Made by a program: the position numbers and the translations under genes. Under the pieces are notes generated by a model. That model saw only the letters and a list, made by a program, of their open reading frames with translations. It ran no database searches and was not told the DNA's origin. From Syntrophorhabdaceae bacterium (lineage in GTDB: Bacteria; Desulfobacterota; Syntrophorhabdia; Syntrophorhabdales; Syntrophorhabdaceae), in the NCBI GenBank assembly GCA_963666485.2, contig CAXXUO010000001.1, forward strand, positions 160,001 to 224,000: a DNA stretch of 64,000 bases, written 5' to 3'. This document shows, piece by piece, positions 9,191 to 19,585 of this stretch. How positions within the stretch are numbered: the stretch's first letter is position 1; every line of letters starts with the position of its first letter.

Positions 9191-12100
9191 CTATCTGTCC
9201 AGCAGCTCGCGGACGGTACGGGATATGAGGGGTATGTCGAAAGGCTTCTGAATGAACCCGTCGCATCCCTTGTTCATGATCTGCTGGGCCTGCCCGTCAA
9301 GACTATAGCCGCTGCTCAAAATGATCTTTGCCCGGGGATCGATCTCTTTGATCCGGTCGAAGGTTTCATTTCCCGAAAATCCCGGCATGATCATGTCGAC
9401 GATCACGAGCGATATCGAGCCTTTCATCTCCCGGTAGAGGGCGACCGCTTCGGCCCCGCCTTTTGCACCGTGCACGGTGTAGCCAAGTGCCTCGAGGACC
9501 TCCCTGCTTACCCTGAGGACGTCCGGCTCGTCATCGACAACGAGGATGGTCTCCTTTCCTCTCATGATGCCTCCGATCTCCGGGGCCTCTTCTGCGGGGT
9601 CCTTCGTTGATGCAGGGAAATAAAGGACGAATGTCGTGCCCCTTTCCGGCTCGCTGGCGACGTCGATATAGCCGTTATGGTTCTTCACGATGCCGTACAC
9701 CATTGCCAGGCCAAGGCCCGTACCCCGGCGGAGCTCCTTCGTAGTAAAAAAGGGCTCGAATATCCTCGCGCGGACCTTTTCGTCCATACCGACCCCGGTA
9801 TCACTGACGGACACCCGTACATACCGGCCGGGCACCATCGGATAGGCGGCTGCATTAGGTTCGCTGACGGTGATATTTCGTGTCTCGAGAGACAGGTCGC
9901 CGCCTTCAGGCATGGCCTGCCAGGCGTTGAGGTAAAGATTGAGAAGGACCTGTTCTATCTGTCCCCGGTCGGCCTCGACAGTCCAGACGTCCTTCTCATA
10001 TTTGCACTGGATCGCGACCTCTTTCTTCGTTCGACCGAACATTGCCGCGGTCTTTTCTATAAGCTCGTTGAGATTGACCGGTCTGGTCACATATTTCCCT
10101 CCCCGGGCAAAACCCAGCAACTGCCCGGTCAGTTCTGCGGCACTTTTTACCTGTTCCTCTATCCTTTTGAGTCGTTCTCGCTGCGGATCATCGGGGTCCA
10201 TGTCAAGCATTACAAGCGAGGCGTATCCCTGGATACCCATGAGAATGTTATTGAAATCGTGGGCTATGCCGCCCGACAGGGTGCCGATCGCCTCCATCTT
10301 CTGCGCGTTGACAAGCTGGGTTTCCAGTCTTTTCCGCTCGGTGATATCCTCGCACACCATGATCTTGTCCGCACCTTTGAGGAACACGGTAGTGAAACTG
10401 ATCGTCTTTACCGAACCATCCTTGCATGCAACATTAAAGATCCTGTGCGTCTGCTCCCCGTGAGACTTATCAGCAGTATCGGTCTTCCACGTCCTGACGA
10501 CCTCGCGCCTCGCTGCGTCGTCAGGATATGCCTTCCTGAACCATGTTCTCCCGTCGGGAACATCATCAAGGCCGTAGCCAAAGATCTCCTTGAACTTGGG
10601 GTTGATATAGAGGAACTGTCCGACCGGGTCTATAAGCGCCATCGCGAACGGGGCGTTCTCGGAAAGGAACCGCAGCTTTTCCTTCTCGTTGAAAAGTGCA
10701 TCCTCGACACGTTTGCGCTCACTTATATCACGGGCCTCCGGAATGAGCATTGTTACCCTGCCGTCGGAGCCAAAGACCGGTTTCAGCGAAAAGTCGAACA
10801 TGACCAAAGCGTTTCCCGCTCCCTGTAATTCGACCTCGTAACGTACGAACTCCCCTCCTGCTGCACGGGCGATAGCCTCCTTCAGACGCTGCACCCGGGC
10901 CTCGTTTCCCCGCCACCACCGGGTTTCCCAGAAGGGTTTGCCGATCATCTCCTCTTTTGCGGCACCAATAAAATCGAGGGCTGTCTGGTTCGCCTCCATC
11001 AACACACCGTCCGGGGTCATCATTCCGGTGAACTGGAAAGATGAATTGAAGATGGCCCGAAAACGATTTTCGCTTTCCCGGAGGGCCTCTTCCGCCCGCC
11101 GGCGGTCCGTCATGTCACGGATAGATTCAATTGCCCCGACGATATTTCCCTGGGCATCGTACAGCGGGGATGCCTTGCCCGCGAGTACTCTGTTCTGCCC
11201 CCGGACATAAGGGACCGCCGTTTCCGTGAACAGCGTATCGCCTTCTTTGTTAATGAAGGAATATTGCTTTTCGATATCTTCATTCCATGCCGTGACGAAG
11301 TCAACCAATATGGGCCGCCGCGTTCCGTAAAAGGGGATCGCGTATTCATAATTGCCTTTACCGATCATTTTTTCAGCGGGACAGTCCGTCATTTCCTCGA
11401 TAGCCTTGTTCCACGCTATTACTTTTCCCTCGCGATCAACGGCCAGAATGGGGTCGGGAAGGAAATTGATGATATCCGAGAACCGCTGCTGCGATTCAAG
11501 CAGGACCTCCTCCTCCGCTTTGCGCTTCGTTTCTTCCTGAACGATCTTCCAGGCCTTCATTCCATAATACACTACGATTGTACCGCTCAGGCAAAGCACC
11601 GCGATAAGGACAAGGAGCCTGTTCCTGAAGTCCCTTAAGGATGCAAGGATCTCATCTTCCGAAGACGCGACAACTATAGACCAGAAGGTATTGCCTATTT
11701 TAATGGGCATATACACGGCGTGTTTTTGTACTTTTTTCACCGACTGGCCCATGATCATGTCAAAGTAGTATGTGGCGATCCCTTGCCTGCCCTTGACCAT
11801 CTCCTTCGCCATTTCGATTATGGTGGGGAAATCCTTGCAGTTCTCAAAGACAGATTTCCCGACATGCCCCGGAACGGGGCAGTAGAGTTCGATTCCCGCC
11901 TGGCTTGTTATCCAGGCATAACCGGTCTGTCCGATCCTGATATGCTCGAGGTATTTTTTCGACAAAGCCTTGAAATCGACAAGGATCCCCAGAGAACCAT
12001 CATATGCGTCCCCGCGAAAAACCGGTACATGCAGAGCTATGGCTTCGAAACCCTGGATGGTTAAAAAAACATCGCTGATAACGGGTTTATGGGTGCTCAT

Positions 12101-12490
12101 GACCTCCCTGACATGTCCCTGGCGGGAGATATCGGAACCGATAGATCCTTTCGCGTAAGGGAATGTATGCATAATCCTTCCCCGTGCATCGACGCGTGTG
12201 ATCGCCCTGACATCGTCTTTATGGGTAGCCAGCAAAAGTTCCATGTGCCTCTTGCCCTCGTCGCTGAGGGTTATGATCTCTCTATCTTTGGCGAAGTATG
12301 CCAGCCTGGATGTCCATTGATCGAAAAAAACCTCGATCTCCTTGGCTGCGTACCGGGCGTGAAGTCTCTGGCGCGCATTGAGATCTTCGATGGCGGAATT
12401 CTTCGCACCCTCGTAAAAGGCGACAAAAAGATACCCGCAGAAACATAGGAGTATAAAGAGGAGAAGCAGAAGGTACTTATAACGCATCAT
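9191..12490 (-). CDS. Hybrid sensor histidine kinase/response regulator (Cache, 3 PAS, HisKA, HATPase, REC)
   Basis: Two TM segments around a periplasmic domain; GGIAHDFNN H-box, NAWQAM, DTGVGM, FFTTK, GTGLGL; receiver domain VVDDE...DMIMP...KP. Confidence 0.95.
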   Translation of the reverse strand: MMRYKYLLLLLFILLCFCGYLFVAFYEGAKNSAIEDLNARQRLHARYAAKEIEVFFDQWTSRLAYFAKDREIITLSDEGKRHMELLLATHKDDVRAITRVDARGRIMHTFPYAKGSIGSDISRQGHVREVMSTHKPVISDVFLTIQGFEAIALHVPVFRGDAYDGSLGILVDFKALSKKYLEHIRIGQTGYAWITSQAGIELYCPVPGHVGKSVFENCKDFPTIIEMAKEMVKGRQGIATYYFDMIMGQSVKKVQKHAVYMPIKIGNTFWSIVVASSEDEILASLRDFRNRLLVLIAVLCLSGTIVVYYGMKAWKIVQEETKRKAEEEVLLESQQRFSDIINFLPDPILAVDREGKVIAWNKAIEEMTDCPAEKMIGKGNYEYAIPFYGTRRPILVDFVTAWNEDIEKQYSFINKEGDTLFTETAVPYVRGQNRVLAGKASPLYDAQGNIVGAIESIRDMTDRRRAEEALRESENRFRAIFNSSFQFTGMMTPDGVLMEANQTALDFIGAAKEEMIGKPFWETRWWRGNEARVQRLKEAIARAAGGEFVRYEVELQGAGNALVMFDFSLKPVFGSDGRVTMLIPEARDISERKRVEDALFNEKEKLRFLSENAPFAMALIDPVGQFLYINPKFKEIFGYGLDDVPDGRTWFRKAYPDDAARREVVRTWKTDTADKSHGEQTHRIFNVACKDGSVKTISFTTVFLKGADKIMVCEDITERKRLETQLVNAQKMEAIGTLSGGIAHDFNNILMGIQGYASLVMLDMDPDDPQRERLKRIEEQVKSAAELTGQLLGFARGGKYVTRPVNLNELIEKTAAMFGRTKKEVAIQCKYEKDVWTVEADRGQIEQVLLNLYLNAWQAMPEGGDLSLETRNITVSEPNAAAYPMVPGRYVRVSVSDTGVGMDEKVRARIFEPFFTTKELRRGTGLGLAMVYGIVKNHNGYIDVASEPERGTTFVLYFPASTKDPAEEAPEIGGIMRGKETILVVDDEPDVLRVSREVLEALGYTVHGAKGGAEAVALYREMKGSISLVIVDMIMPGFSGNETFDRIKEIDPRAKIILSSGYSLDGQAQQIMNKGCDGFIQKPFDIPLISRTVRELLDR

Positions 12491-12764
12491 TGTTCCCGTG
12501 TTGCGGCATGCCTGACGAAAAAACCTATGAAATCCGTCAGGATAACAATCCTATCGTAGAGGCACGGGTTATGTCAAACGACAAATGTACCCCGGCCGGA
12601 CCGGACCATCTTGTTCCCTGATCGTTTATCGGCATTTATTGCCCGACCTGAAGTCTTGCTCATGGTGAGGCATCAATGTTCCCGAATCCGCACTTCGAGG
12701 GAAGCAGCGGTACGGACCGGAAATATCGTGCTGTCTTTTGCTCTCTCCCGCTGTATAATAAGCC

Positions 12765-13592
12765 ATGCATACCCGGTCAGTCATGTCCGTTTACTTTTCG
12801 CCGACCGGAACAACGCGGAGGATCGTGGAGGGGATAATAGCGGGGATGCAAAGCGAAAATTCGGTCATGATCGACGCGATAAGAAAACCCCGCCGTCTCG
12901 ACCGTACACAATTTCCAAAAGAGGAGCCGGTAATAATTGCCGCGCCCGTCTATTACGGCAGGATACCGGTGGCTGCCGCAGAATATTTCAACGCACTGAC
13001 GGGTCACGGGACACCGGCCGTTATCGTTGTCGTTTACGGCAACCGGGCGTACGACGACGCCCTCATCGAACTATACGACATTGCAGCCGGGCGCGGTTTT
13101 ATACCCGTTGCGGCCGGGGCCTTTATCGGGGAACATTCTTATTCAACGGAGATCCTGCCCGCCGCTGCCGGCCGCCCCGATGCGCAAGATATTGACGCGG
13201 CCCGGGCCTTCGGAGCCAGGATACGAGAGAAGCTGGTCCGTTGCGATTCACCCGGTGAGGCTCTCCTGGCCGGGGTCCCGGGTAAAAGGCCCTATATCGA
13301 ACCGGAAGGATTGTATCGCCTCAGGGAGCTGCGGAAGACCATTCAATTCACACCGGAGACCGACGAGTCGCTCTGCACCCGGTGCAACCGCTGTGTAGAA
13401 GCCTGTCCGCAGGATGCCATCGATCCCGTCAATGCCCTGAAGACCGACAAGCAGGAATGCATCATGTGTTTCGCCTGCGTCAAGATCTGCCCGGTCAGCG
13501 CGCGCAGGATGGCTGAACCCGCCTTTTTCCTGCGTGTGAAAGAAATTTTTGAAAAATGCCGGGAAAGAAAAGAACCGGAGTGGTACCTTTAG
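12765..13592 (+). CDS. Flavodoxin-like / 2x[4Fe-4S] ferredoxin fusion (EFR1-type ferrodoxin)
   Basis: YFSPTGTT and VYGNRAYDDAL; two CxxCxxCxxxCP motifs. Confidence 0.88.
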   Translation: MHTRSVMSVYFSPTGTTRRIVEGIIAGMQSENSVMIDAIRKPRRLDRTQFPKEEPVIIAAPVYYGRIPVAAAEYFNALTGHGTPAVIVVVYGNRAYDDALIELYDIAAGRGFIPVAAGAFIGEHSYSTEILPAAAGRPDAQDIDAARAFGARIREKLVRCDSPGEALLAGVPGKRPYIEPEGLYRLRELRKTIQFTPETDESLCTRCNRCVEACPQDAIDPVNALKTDKQECIMCFACVKICPVSARRMAEPAFFLRVKEIFEKCRERKEPEWYL

Positions 13593-13596
13593 GGCC

Positions 13597-13941
13597 TTAT
13601 CGGGTTCTCCGGTGAAATTGCGGGCACAGTGCCGATGACCCGGGAACGTACCTGCGGCATACCCTCGTGCGTGTTTCGTATATCTCGCAGAAACTCGATG
13701 CGCCGTTCCATTTCAGATAGATACAGCTCATCCTGCAGGTCCTGACATCTGACCCGAACCTGTTGACGACCCTGTCACCCAGCCGCGTCACGCCAAGGCT
13801 GCATACGTGCTCGATAATGTCCCGGCGTCCTTCCTTTTCCCACCGCTCGACATCTTCAAACCGGACATACGCCGCCACGTCGACATGGCAGCAATTACCG
13901 CACTGGCGACACGCAATGTCGTTGTTAAGTTCACTATTCAT
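13597..13941 (-). CDS. YkgJ family cysteine-cluster protein
   Basis: CRQCGNCC ... CIYL ... CEIYETRTRVCRRY. Confidence 0.8.
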   Translation of the reverse strand: MNSELNNDIACRQCGNCCHVDVAAYVRFEDVERWEKEGRRDIIEHVCSLGVTRLGDRVVNRFGSDVRTCRMSCIYLKWNGASSFCEIYETRTRVCRRYVPGSSALCPQFHRRTR

Positions 13942-14767
13942 CGGTCGGGCTGCGCGTCAGGCGCTTCAATTCGTGGTCCAATCCCAATAATTGGGCGGCG
14001 TTGGAGAAACAGATCTTTTCTTTGTCACTTTCCGTAAGAAACGGTAACTGCAAAAGGAAGTGAAGTTCCTCCCGCTGGTCCGTCCACGGACTGTCCGATG
14101 CGAAAAGCAGGCGTTCGGGCGGATGCCCCTTGAGGAAGCGTTCCCGGTATATCCCGGGCATTGCACGCAGAACAAATGACGTATCCAGGTACATGTCCTG
14201 TCCCAGCAGGTGGGCCGCGCTTTCCTCGTAGGCGTCTTCCCCGCCCAGGTGGGCAGCGATCATGCAGAGTTCCGGAACAGCTTTATGGGCCGCGGCGAGG
14301 CGCTTCGGCGTTGCATGGATCGGGTGAGGCAGCCCCCGGTCAACCCCTGCATGAAAAAGGATGAACATACCGGCTTCCGCGATCCTTTCATACAAAGGAT
14401 ACATAACGGGATCGTCGACAAAAAAATCCTGGTAATCAGGGTGGAACTTAAAGCCGCAAAAACCGTCCCGCCTGAGCGCTTTCATCTCATCAACGCTTAA
14501 TTGACCGGCAGGATGCATGGCCGCCAGCGTTTCGATGCCGGGTTGCCTGATCCCGGTCAGCCACCGCTGGATCGATGCGACCTGCTCGGGTTTTGTCGCC
14601 ACGGCCGCCACGACGGAAAGATCGATACCCGCCGACGCCATGGACCTTTTCAGCCCCTGCAAAGTACCGTCGGTGTAGGCTTCGATCCCGGCCCGTTCTC
14701 GAACCGCGGAAACCGTACCGGGGGCCACGCGGTCAGGATAAATATGGGTATGAAAATCGATCTTCAT
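13934..14767 (-). CDS. Amidohydrolase family protein (Amidohydro_2)
   Basis: IDFHTH, GFKFHP, FHAG, AAHLGG and FASDSP motifs. Confidence 0.9.
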   Translation of the reverse strand: MKIDFHTHIYPDRVAPGTVSAVRERAGIEAYTDGTLQGLKRSMASAGIDLSVVAAVATKPEQVASIQRWLTGIRQPGIETLAAMHPAGQLSVDEMKALRRDGFCGFKFHPDYQDFFVDDPVMYPLYERIAEAGMFILFHAGVDRGLPHPIHATPKRLAAAHKAVPELCMIAAHLGGEDAYEESAAHLLGQDMYLDTSFVLRAMPGIYRERFLKGHPPERLLFASDSPWTDQREELHFLLQLPFLTESDKEKICFSNAAQLLGLDHELKRLTRSPTDE

Positions 14768-15050
14768 AGTCTGATTGCTATACGCTATTTCATCATTCTT
14801 TTCAAGATGTCGAAGACTCCCCCAGACTCCGGGTCCTGCCGCGCGGCACAGGCGGCATCGAGGTCCCGGTCTTCGTATTTCATCAGGCGAATCTCATTAT
14901 ATGTCAGCCGGGGAGACATCTACAAGGTACAAAAGGGACCTGGTTTCCGTGGCCGGTATTATCCTGAGGCCCGGTTGACTTGTCAACCCCCTGAACGATG
15001 CATAGAATTGTATCCAGGTACTACAGAACAAGGTATAAGGAATTCACATC

Positions 15051-15377
15051 ATGGCCGAATTTTTTAGCGCAATAATGATGGAATCGGACCAGGTTGCCTG
15101 GCGGCTGAAAGGGAACGCACCCCTTTCGGATGCCGGCCCGGAAGACGGCAGGCTGAACATTGAGTTTGAGGGTGACCTCGACAGGATGCCCTGGCTCGTC
15201 AAATGTTCCGATGAGGGAAAAATTGTGATCGATGTCGATACACTTATCGCATCGCAGCCCCGGTTATTCAACAGGGGGTGGCTGCGCGGCCGGGGGAAGC
15301 AGAACGCTGACCTTGCGGTCATGGGCAACCATTACATCATCGACCTCAGGCTGCCCGCGAGCGGGGCACGTACGTAA
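15051..15377 (+). CDS. Hypothetical protein
   Basis: AAGGA RBS, 108 aa ORF, upstream TTGACT..TAGAAT promoter-like pair. Confidence 0.55.
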   Translation: MAEFFSAIMMESDQVAWRLKGNAPLSDAGPEDGRLNIEFEGDLDRMPWLVKCSDEGKIVIDVDTLIASQPRLFNRGWLRGRGKQNADLAVMGNHYIIDLRLPASGART

Positions 15378-15416
15378 GATCGATCTGCCTTCTCTCTTTA
15401 AGGCGGGATATGTGCG

Positions 15417-16245
15417 TCATACGCCCGGTTTGTCCCGGTACCTGTGGATCACCGTGCCGCCCATTATGGTCATGCCGACCTGAAAGAAATAACCTTTCAC
15501 TGGCTTAATAGCGCCCAGGTCCGTCAATTCTTCAAAGTCTGAAGGAAAGAAACGGATATCCGCATCGCCCTCCCAGGCGTCACCGATCTTTGCATTCGTA
15601 ACATTGCTGATGAGAAGGTCGTGCACAAGGGGCTTTTCCTGGTCTTCATAATCCGGGAAATGGCGCATGAGGTAGAACTTGAACGGGGGGACTTTGTTCG
15701 GGGGAACCTGTTTTTTCAAGGTCAGGGAACCCTCGACGATCCTCTCTTCGTGGGACACGCATATGCCCTTTATTTTTGCACCGGTCTTTTTGCCGCCCGT
15801 GACGGGCATCAATTCATGGAGCTTTGTGATATGGGACCCTGCCGAGTTTTTTGGGAAACCCCTGGATAAAGCCCCTTAAGAGAGTGAAATCATTATCCAC
15901 CCAGATGTACGGCACATAGTAGCCGGGAACGCCTTTGAACTGGCAGCCGACCATGATAATGCATTCATGATACAACGACCTCTCGGGATTGACAGAGGCA
16001 AGATCGGGATTCGCATCGCTCGCGGAGACCCATTCAACGAACCAGACCACCCCTTCGCCGGGGTTGGGGCCCGGTTCAAGGGGAGGTGGCAATAACGCCC
16101 TCAATTTTTTCTCGTTTGCCTTGAAGACGAGGTGCATGACATCCCCGCCGTAGTGCCACGGGGGCGCGTCAATGACAGGCGCTTTTCCTTTGGGGGACAG
16201 GGGCAGAATATAGCCTTTGAGCGGAAAAGATCTTTTCGTTGCCAT
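15417..16245 (-). pseudogene. ADC-family (MppR-like) gene split by a one-base frameshift near 15833-15835
   Basis: GGAGGA RBS then MATKRSF...PPWHY...IWVDND...GFPKKLGRV; removing one C from GTCCCAT restores HITKLHELMPVTG and joins the 15417-15812 ORF. Confidence 0.8.
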
Positions 16246-16496
16246 AGCTTTCCTCCTGGAGATCCAGCTTAAAATGATTGTCCCACTGATCATCCGCATT
16301 GTCAATGAGCCGGGACTCGAAACCGATTCCCGGGAAAACGGGCATCATGCCGGAATAAGGATGTGGTAACGGTCGCGATGAAGATATGAGAGATCAGCCT
16401 TTCAGGAACTTTGTTTTTCCCTAAGTGACCGATCGTTGTAACGTTGAAAACAGCCTGATATACTTGCTGTATACATTAAAAGCGGAGGCGGTGCCT

Positions 16497-17018
16497 ATGA
16501 AAACATTCAATCCTTATGTTGAAGCCGCATTGAAAAAGAACATAAGCCATGCCGTTGTCATAGAGACCTCGAAGGTCTTCACGGCACCGTGGGTGAGACT
16601 GAAATGCCAGTTTGGCTGCTCCGGATATGGTGGGACCCTCTGCTGCCCTCCCCACACCCCGACGCCCGAGGAGATGCGGAAGGTCCTTGATTCTTATCGA
16701 TACGGCATCCTTCTTCACCTTCATTGGAAAAAAAACTTCAAGACCATCAATCAATTCAACGAAACGCTCGTCGATCTCGAACGTCGTATCTTCCTCGATG
16801 GTTATTATAAGGCCTGGTCCCTCGGGTGCGGCCCCTGTGATCGCTGCGCCGAGTGCAACATCGGCGGGACATGTCTTCATTCAGACAGGGCAAGGCCCTC
16901 CATGGAAAGCTGCGGGATCGATGTTTTCGCAACGGCGAGGGGACAGGGTCTTCCCATCAACGTGCTCAAGGACCACCGGGAAGAAAGAGATTCTTACGGG
17001 CTTATACTGATCGAATAA
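16497..17018 (+). CDS. DUF2284 predicted metal-binding protein
   Basis: KCQFGC..YG..LCCPP, GPCDRCAEC and ARPSMESCGIDV motifs; GGAGG RBS. Confidence 0.85.
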   Translation: MKTFNPYVEAALKKNISHAVVIETSKVFTAPWVRLKCQFGCSGYGGTLCCPPHTPTPEEMRKVLDSYRYGILLHLHWKKNFKTINQFNETLVDLERRIFLDGYYKAWSLGCGPCDRCAECNIGGTCLHSDRARPSMESCGIDVFATARGQGLPINVLKDHREERDSYGLILIE

Positions 17019-17068
17019 AGCGGGGTATCTCGGAGAATGGTCACGCCATTCTTTCAGGCTTTCTGACC

Positions 17069-17236
17069 TCAGCCGGGCTTCGTGTTGTTTTTGTCTATTA
17101 TCCACTGCGGAAGGGTCTTTTTCGGTTTCTGGACAATATTCTCCCCGTCACAGCTCGGGCAGATGAGCAGATTTCTTTCCTCATATACCAGGAAAGCGCG
17201 GCCGCAGTCCTTGCATTCATATTCAGTTCCGGGCAT
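17069..17236 (-). CDS. Small zinc-ribbon protein (FmdB-like), 55 aa; extends to 17054 if the UGA is read as Sec
   Basis: Not in the ORF track; GGAGGT-AAAA-ATG; MPGTEYECKDCG...ICPSCDG with two CxxC pairs. Confidence 0.8.
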   Translation of the reverse strand: MPGTEYECKDCGRAFLVYEERNLLICPSCDGENIVQKPKKTLPQWIIDKNNTKPG

Positions 17237-17336
17237 TTTTACCTCCGAAGACGTAATTCCACATAAGTTATATCACAAAAGACCTGCGTCCCGCACCTAT
17301 ATCGCCGGAGGTATCGTCCCGGCCTAAACCACATGT

Positions 17337-17696
17337 TTATTCAGTCACTATAATTGTGCCCGTCATTCCAGTATGACCCAAACCGCAGAAAACATCACAG
17401 TGAAAGGGATACTTACCCGCCTGCTCAGGCACAAATCGCACTGTGCTCACTTTGTCCGGATATATATCCGTTCGAATTTTCAGCCCCGGGCAACTGAATC
17501 CATGCATTCTGTCCAGCGAAGTAAACTCGAGTACCACCGGCACACCCTTCTTGACGGTGATCATGTTAGGCGAGTATTCAAACTTCTTTGCCGTGACCTT
17601 AATGACCTGCTCGTTTTCGGCTGCGGCTAGGGAACCGCTGATAAGAAACAGGATGAAGGCGGCAAGCATCATGGACCGTAGTAATTTACTCTTCAT
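17337..17696 (-). CDS. Exported cupredoxin with CuA-type site (CoxII-like soluble domain)
   Basis: Signal peptide; DRMHGF and CDVFCGLGHTGM CuA ligands. Confidence 0.88.
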   Translation of the reverse strand: MKSKLLRSMMLAAFILFLISGSLAAAENEQVIKVTAKKFEYSPNMITVKKGVPVVLEFTSLDRMHGFSCPGLKIRTDIYPDKVSTVRFVPEQAGKYPFHCDVFCGLGHTGMTGTIIVTE

Positions 17697-18598
17697 AACC
17701 TTTCTCCTTTCACATCGAATTCAGAGATCACATACTGTGCCTTGTCGGTCCTGTCTATACTGCGGAAACCCAGACCCTTGTATGGCTGGCTGCTATCCCA
17801 TGGAATCGGGTTCTTCACGGGTACGGACCCCGGGGCCGGTAATGCATACATCAACCCTTTCGCTGAATGATGGGCGATGTGCCCCGTCATGTGATCGTTT
17901 ACCTGATGAATGTGCCCGTAAAAGACAATGACGTTTCTGTACGGCATGAGCAATTCTACTGCTTTTGATCCGTCCCGCGTATGCCAGTCCCAATCAGGGT
18001 ATAGATCGAAGAGCGGCCGGTGCGCAAAAACGACAATAGGTGAATTCTTGTCGCGCAGTTTCAGATCGGCGCTTAACCACGCGAGCTGGGACTCTCCAAG
18101 CATGGACCTCGGGTCCGAAACATTGTCCAGAACTATGAAATGAATGCCTTTGTGATCGAAGACATAGTGGGTTTCTCCGAAAAACTCCTTAAAGGCCTTC
18201 CCCTCATCGAGTCCGGCATCATGTTCTCCCGGCATAAACCTGACATTTTTCACCTTCAGGCCTGCGGCGATATCGCGAAACTCCGCCATGCGTTTTCTCC
18301 GTTCTTTATCATCATCCGTGGTATGGGTCAGGTCGCCCGTAAAGATAATGAAGTCCGGCTGTTTTTTAAGACTGTTGGCAGCGGCGATCGCTTTCTTGAG
18401 GGTTCCTGTAGAATCCGGATTGACCTTCGGGCCGCTGAATCCCCAATGGGTGTCAGATAGTTGCAAGAAGAGAAAACTCTTTTCCCCGGACCCTGCCGCA
18501 CGTGCCAAACTGCCCGGATCGCCAAGACCTGAAACCAGGACTACACTACCAACACCCGCAAGTTTCAGAAAATCCCTTCTATCGATCTTCATGAGCAT
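17693..18598 (-). CDS. Tat-exported metallophosphoesterase (CpdA-like)
   Basis: DRRDFLK Tat motif; SDTH, TGD, PGEHD and GHIH motifs. Confidence 0.88.
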   Translation of the reverse strand: MLMKIDRRDFLKLAGVGSVVLVSGLGDPGSLARAAGSGEKSFLFLQLSDTHWGFSGPKVNPDSTGTLKKAIAAANSLKKQPDFIIFTGDLTHTTDDDKERRKRMAEFRDIAAGLKVKNVRFMPGEHDAGLDEGKAFKEFFGETHYVFDHKGIHFIVLDNVSDPRSMLGESQLAWLSADLKLRDKNSPIVVFAHRPLFDLYPDWDWHTRDGSKAVELLMPYRNVIVFYGHIHQVNDHMTGHIAHHSAKGLMYALPAPGSVPVKNPIPWDSSQPYKGLGFRSIDRTDKAQYVISEFDVKGERL

Positions 18599-18908
18599 TC
18601 ACCTCTCATTCAATAATTAACATCGTAAGTCTGCTCACTCTAGTATGCAACCTCGCGTACAGCCGCTTCGCTGCGGAAGCCCGCGGTGCCGATTCCATTA
18701 TGGGTCATAAGGGTATCGATTTAATTAAATTATTGATAGCGAGTCATGGATGGCCCGGGGCCCTGCTTCGGGTACGTGGTCAAGAGACCCGGCGGACAGG
18801 TCGACCGGCAGGGACGTGGCGCCCATGTCTTTTCTTGGTATTACCGTCACGAGAACACAGTTAATCTCGTGGGTCTGAAGACAAGCCCGGTGAAGGCAGA
18901 TCAACCTT

Positions 18909-19358
18909 TCATTTTGTCAGGAGCACCGGACATTTGGAGCCCTTAAGGACATTTCTGGCCACGCTGCCCATAAAATATTTCGCAATACCCGATGCCCCGA
19001 GCGATGCGATCACGATCAGGTCGATCTTTTGTTCAACTCCCTCTTTCAATATTTCATCGTAGGGTATCCCCCATCGGACACGCGTAACCACCTCAACTTC
19101 TGTGGACTGAGAAAATTTGCCAAGCTGTTCTTTTAAGCTTTGCTCGGCCCAATCGGTAGCACGGTCCCTGATCTCGTGCCGTGCCGCCTCTTCGAGAAAG
19201 GCAAATTCCAGGCCGGCACGATAAATATCCTCGTGGATAACGTGAAGGAGAAAAAGCTTCGCCTTGTACTGTGCCGCTATATCCAAAGCCTGCGCCAATG
19301 CCCTGTCCGAATCCTCTGAAAAATCAGTGGGCACCAGGACCTTCGTTGGTTTCAGCAT
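18909..19358 (-). CDS. Universal stress protein
   Basis: VLVPTDFSE, LLHV, DLIVI and MGSVARNV...CPVL motifs. Confidence 0.92.
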   Translation of the reverse strand: MLKPTKVLVPTDFSEDSDRALAQALDIAAQYKAKLFLLHVIHEDIYRAGLEFAFLEEAARHEIRDRATDWAEQSLKEQLGKFSQSTEVEVVTRVRWGIPYDEILKEGVEQKIDLIVIASLGASGIAKYFMGSVARNVLKGSKCPVLLTK

Positions 19359-19585
19359 GCCCCGCCTCCTTGCATATATTCCGTTCTATTACAATTATAG
19401 CAGCGCCCGGTCCATCCGGGTGAAAAGATGAGTGCGTCCGGATGAATGCATTATATGAGGTTTATACCTATAGTTTAACCGTATCTTCCCTGTATTGTCA
19501 CAACTCGTATGAGATGCTACAACGATGTGTAACATGTCATTACCCACGTAAAGATTTCAGTAATTTCAAAAGGAGGTTCAGTACA

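Noticed and set aside
9677..10828. 383-aa plus-strand ORF, and similar long ORFs at 6593-7399, 52650-53756, 54918-55745 and 55749-56714
   Set aside because: Antisense shadows of well-supported genes, with no recognisable motifs
14785..14919. 44-aa minus-strand ORF (MSPRLTYNEIR...) upstream of the amidohydrolase
   Set aside because: No clear RBS or motif; cannot be supported
15845..15856. A-run (CCA AAA AAA C) as a programmed -1 frameshift site in the ADC-family gene
   Set aside because: Joining the two halves needs a +1 shift, and the natural break lies about 4 codons downstream
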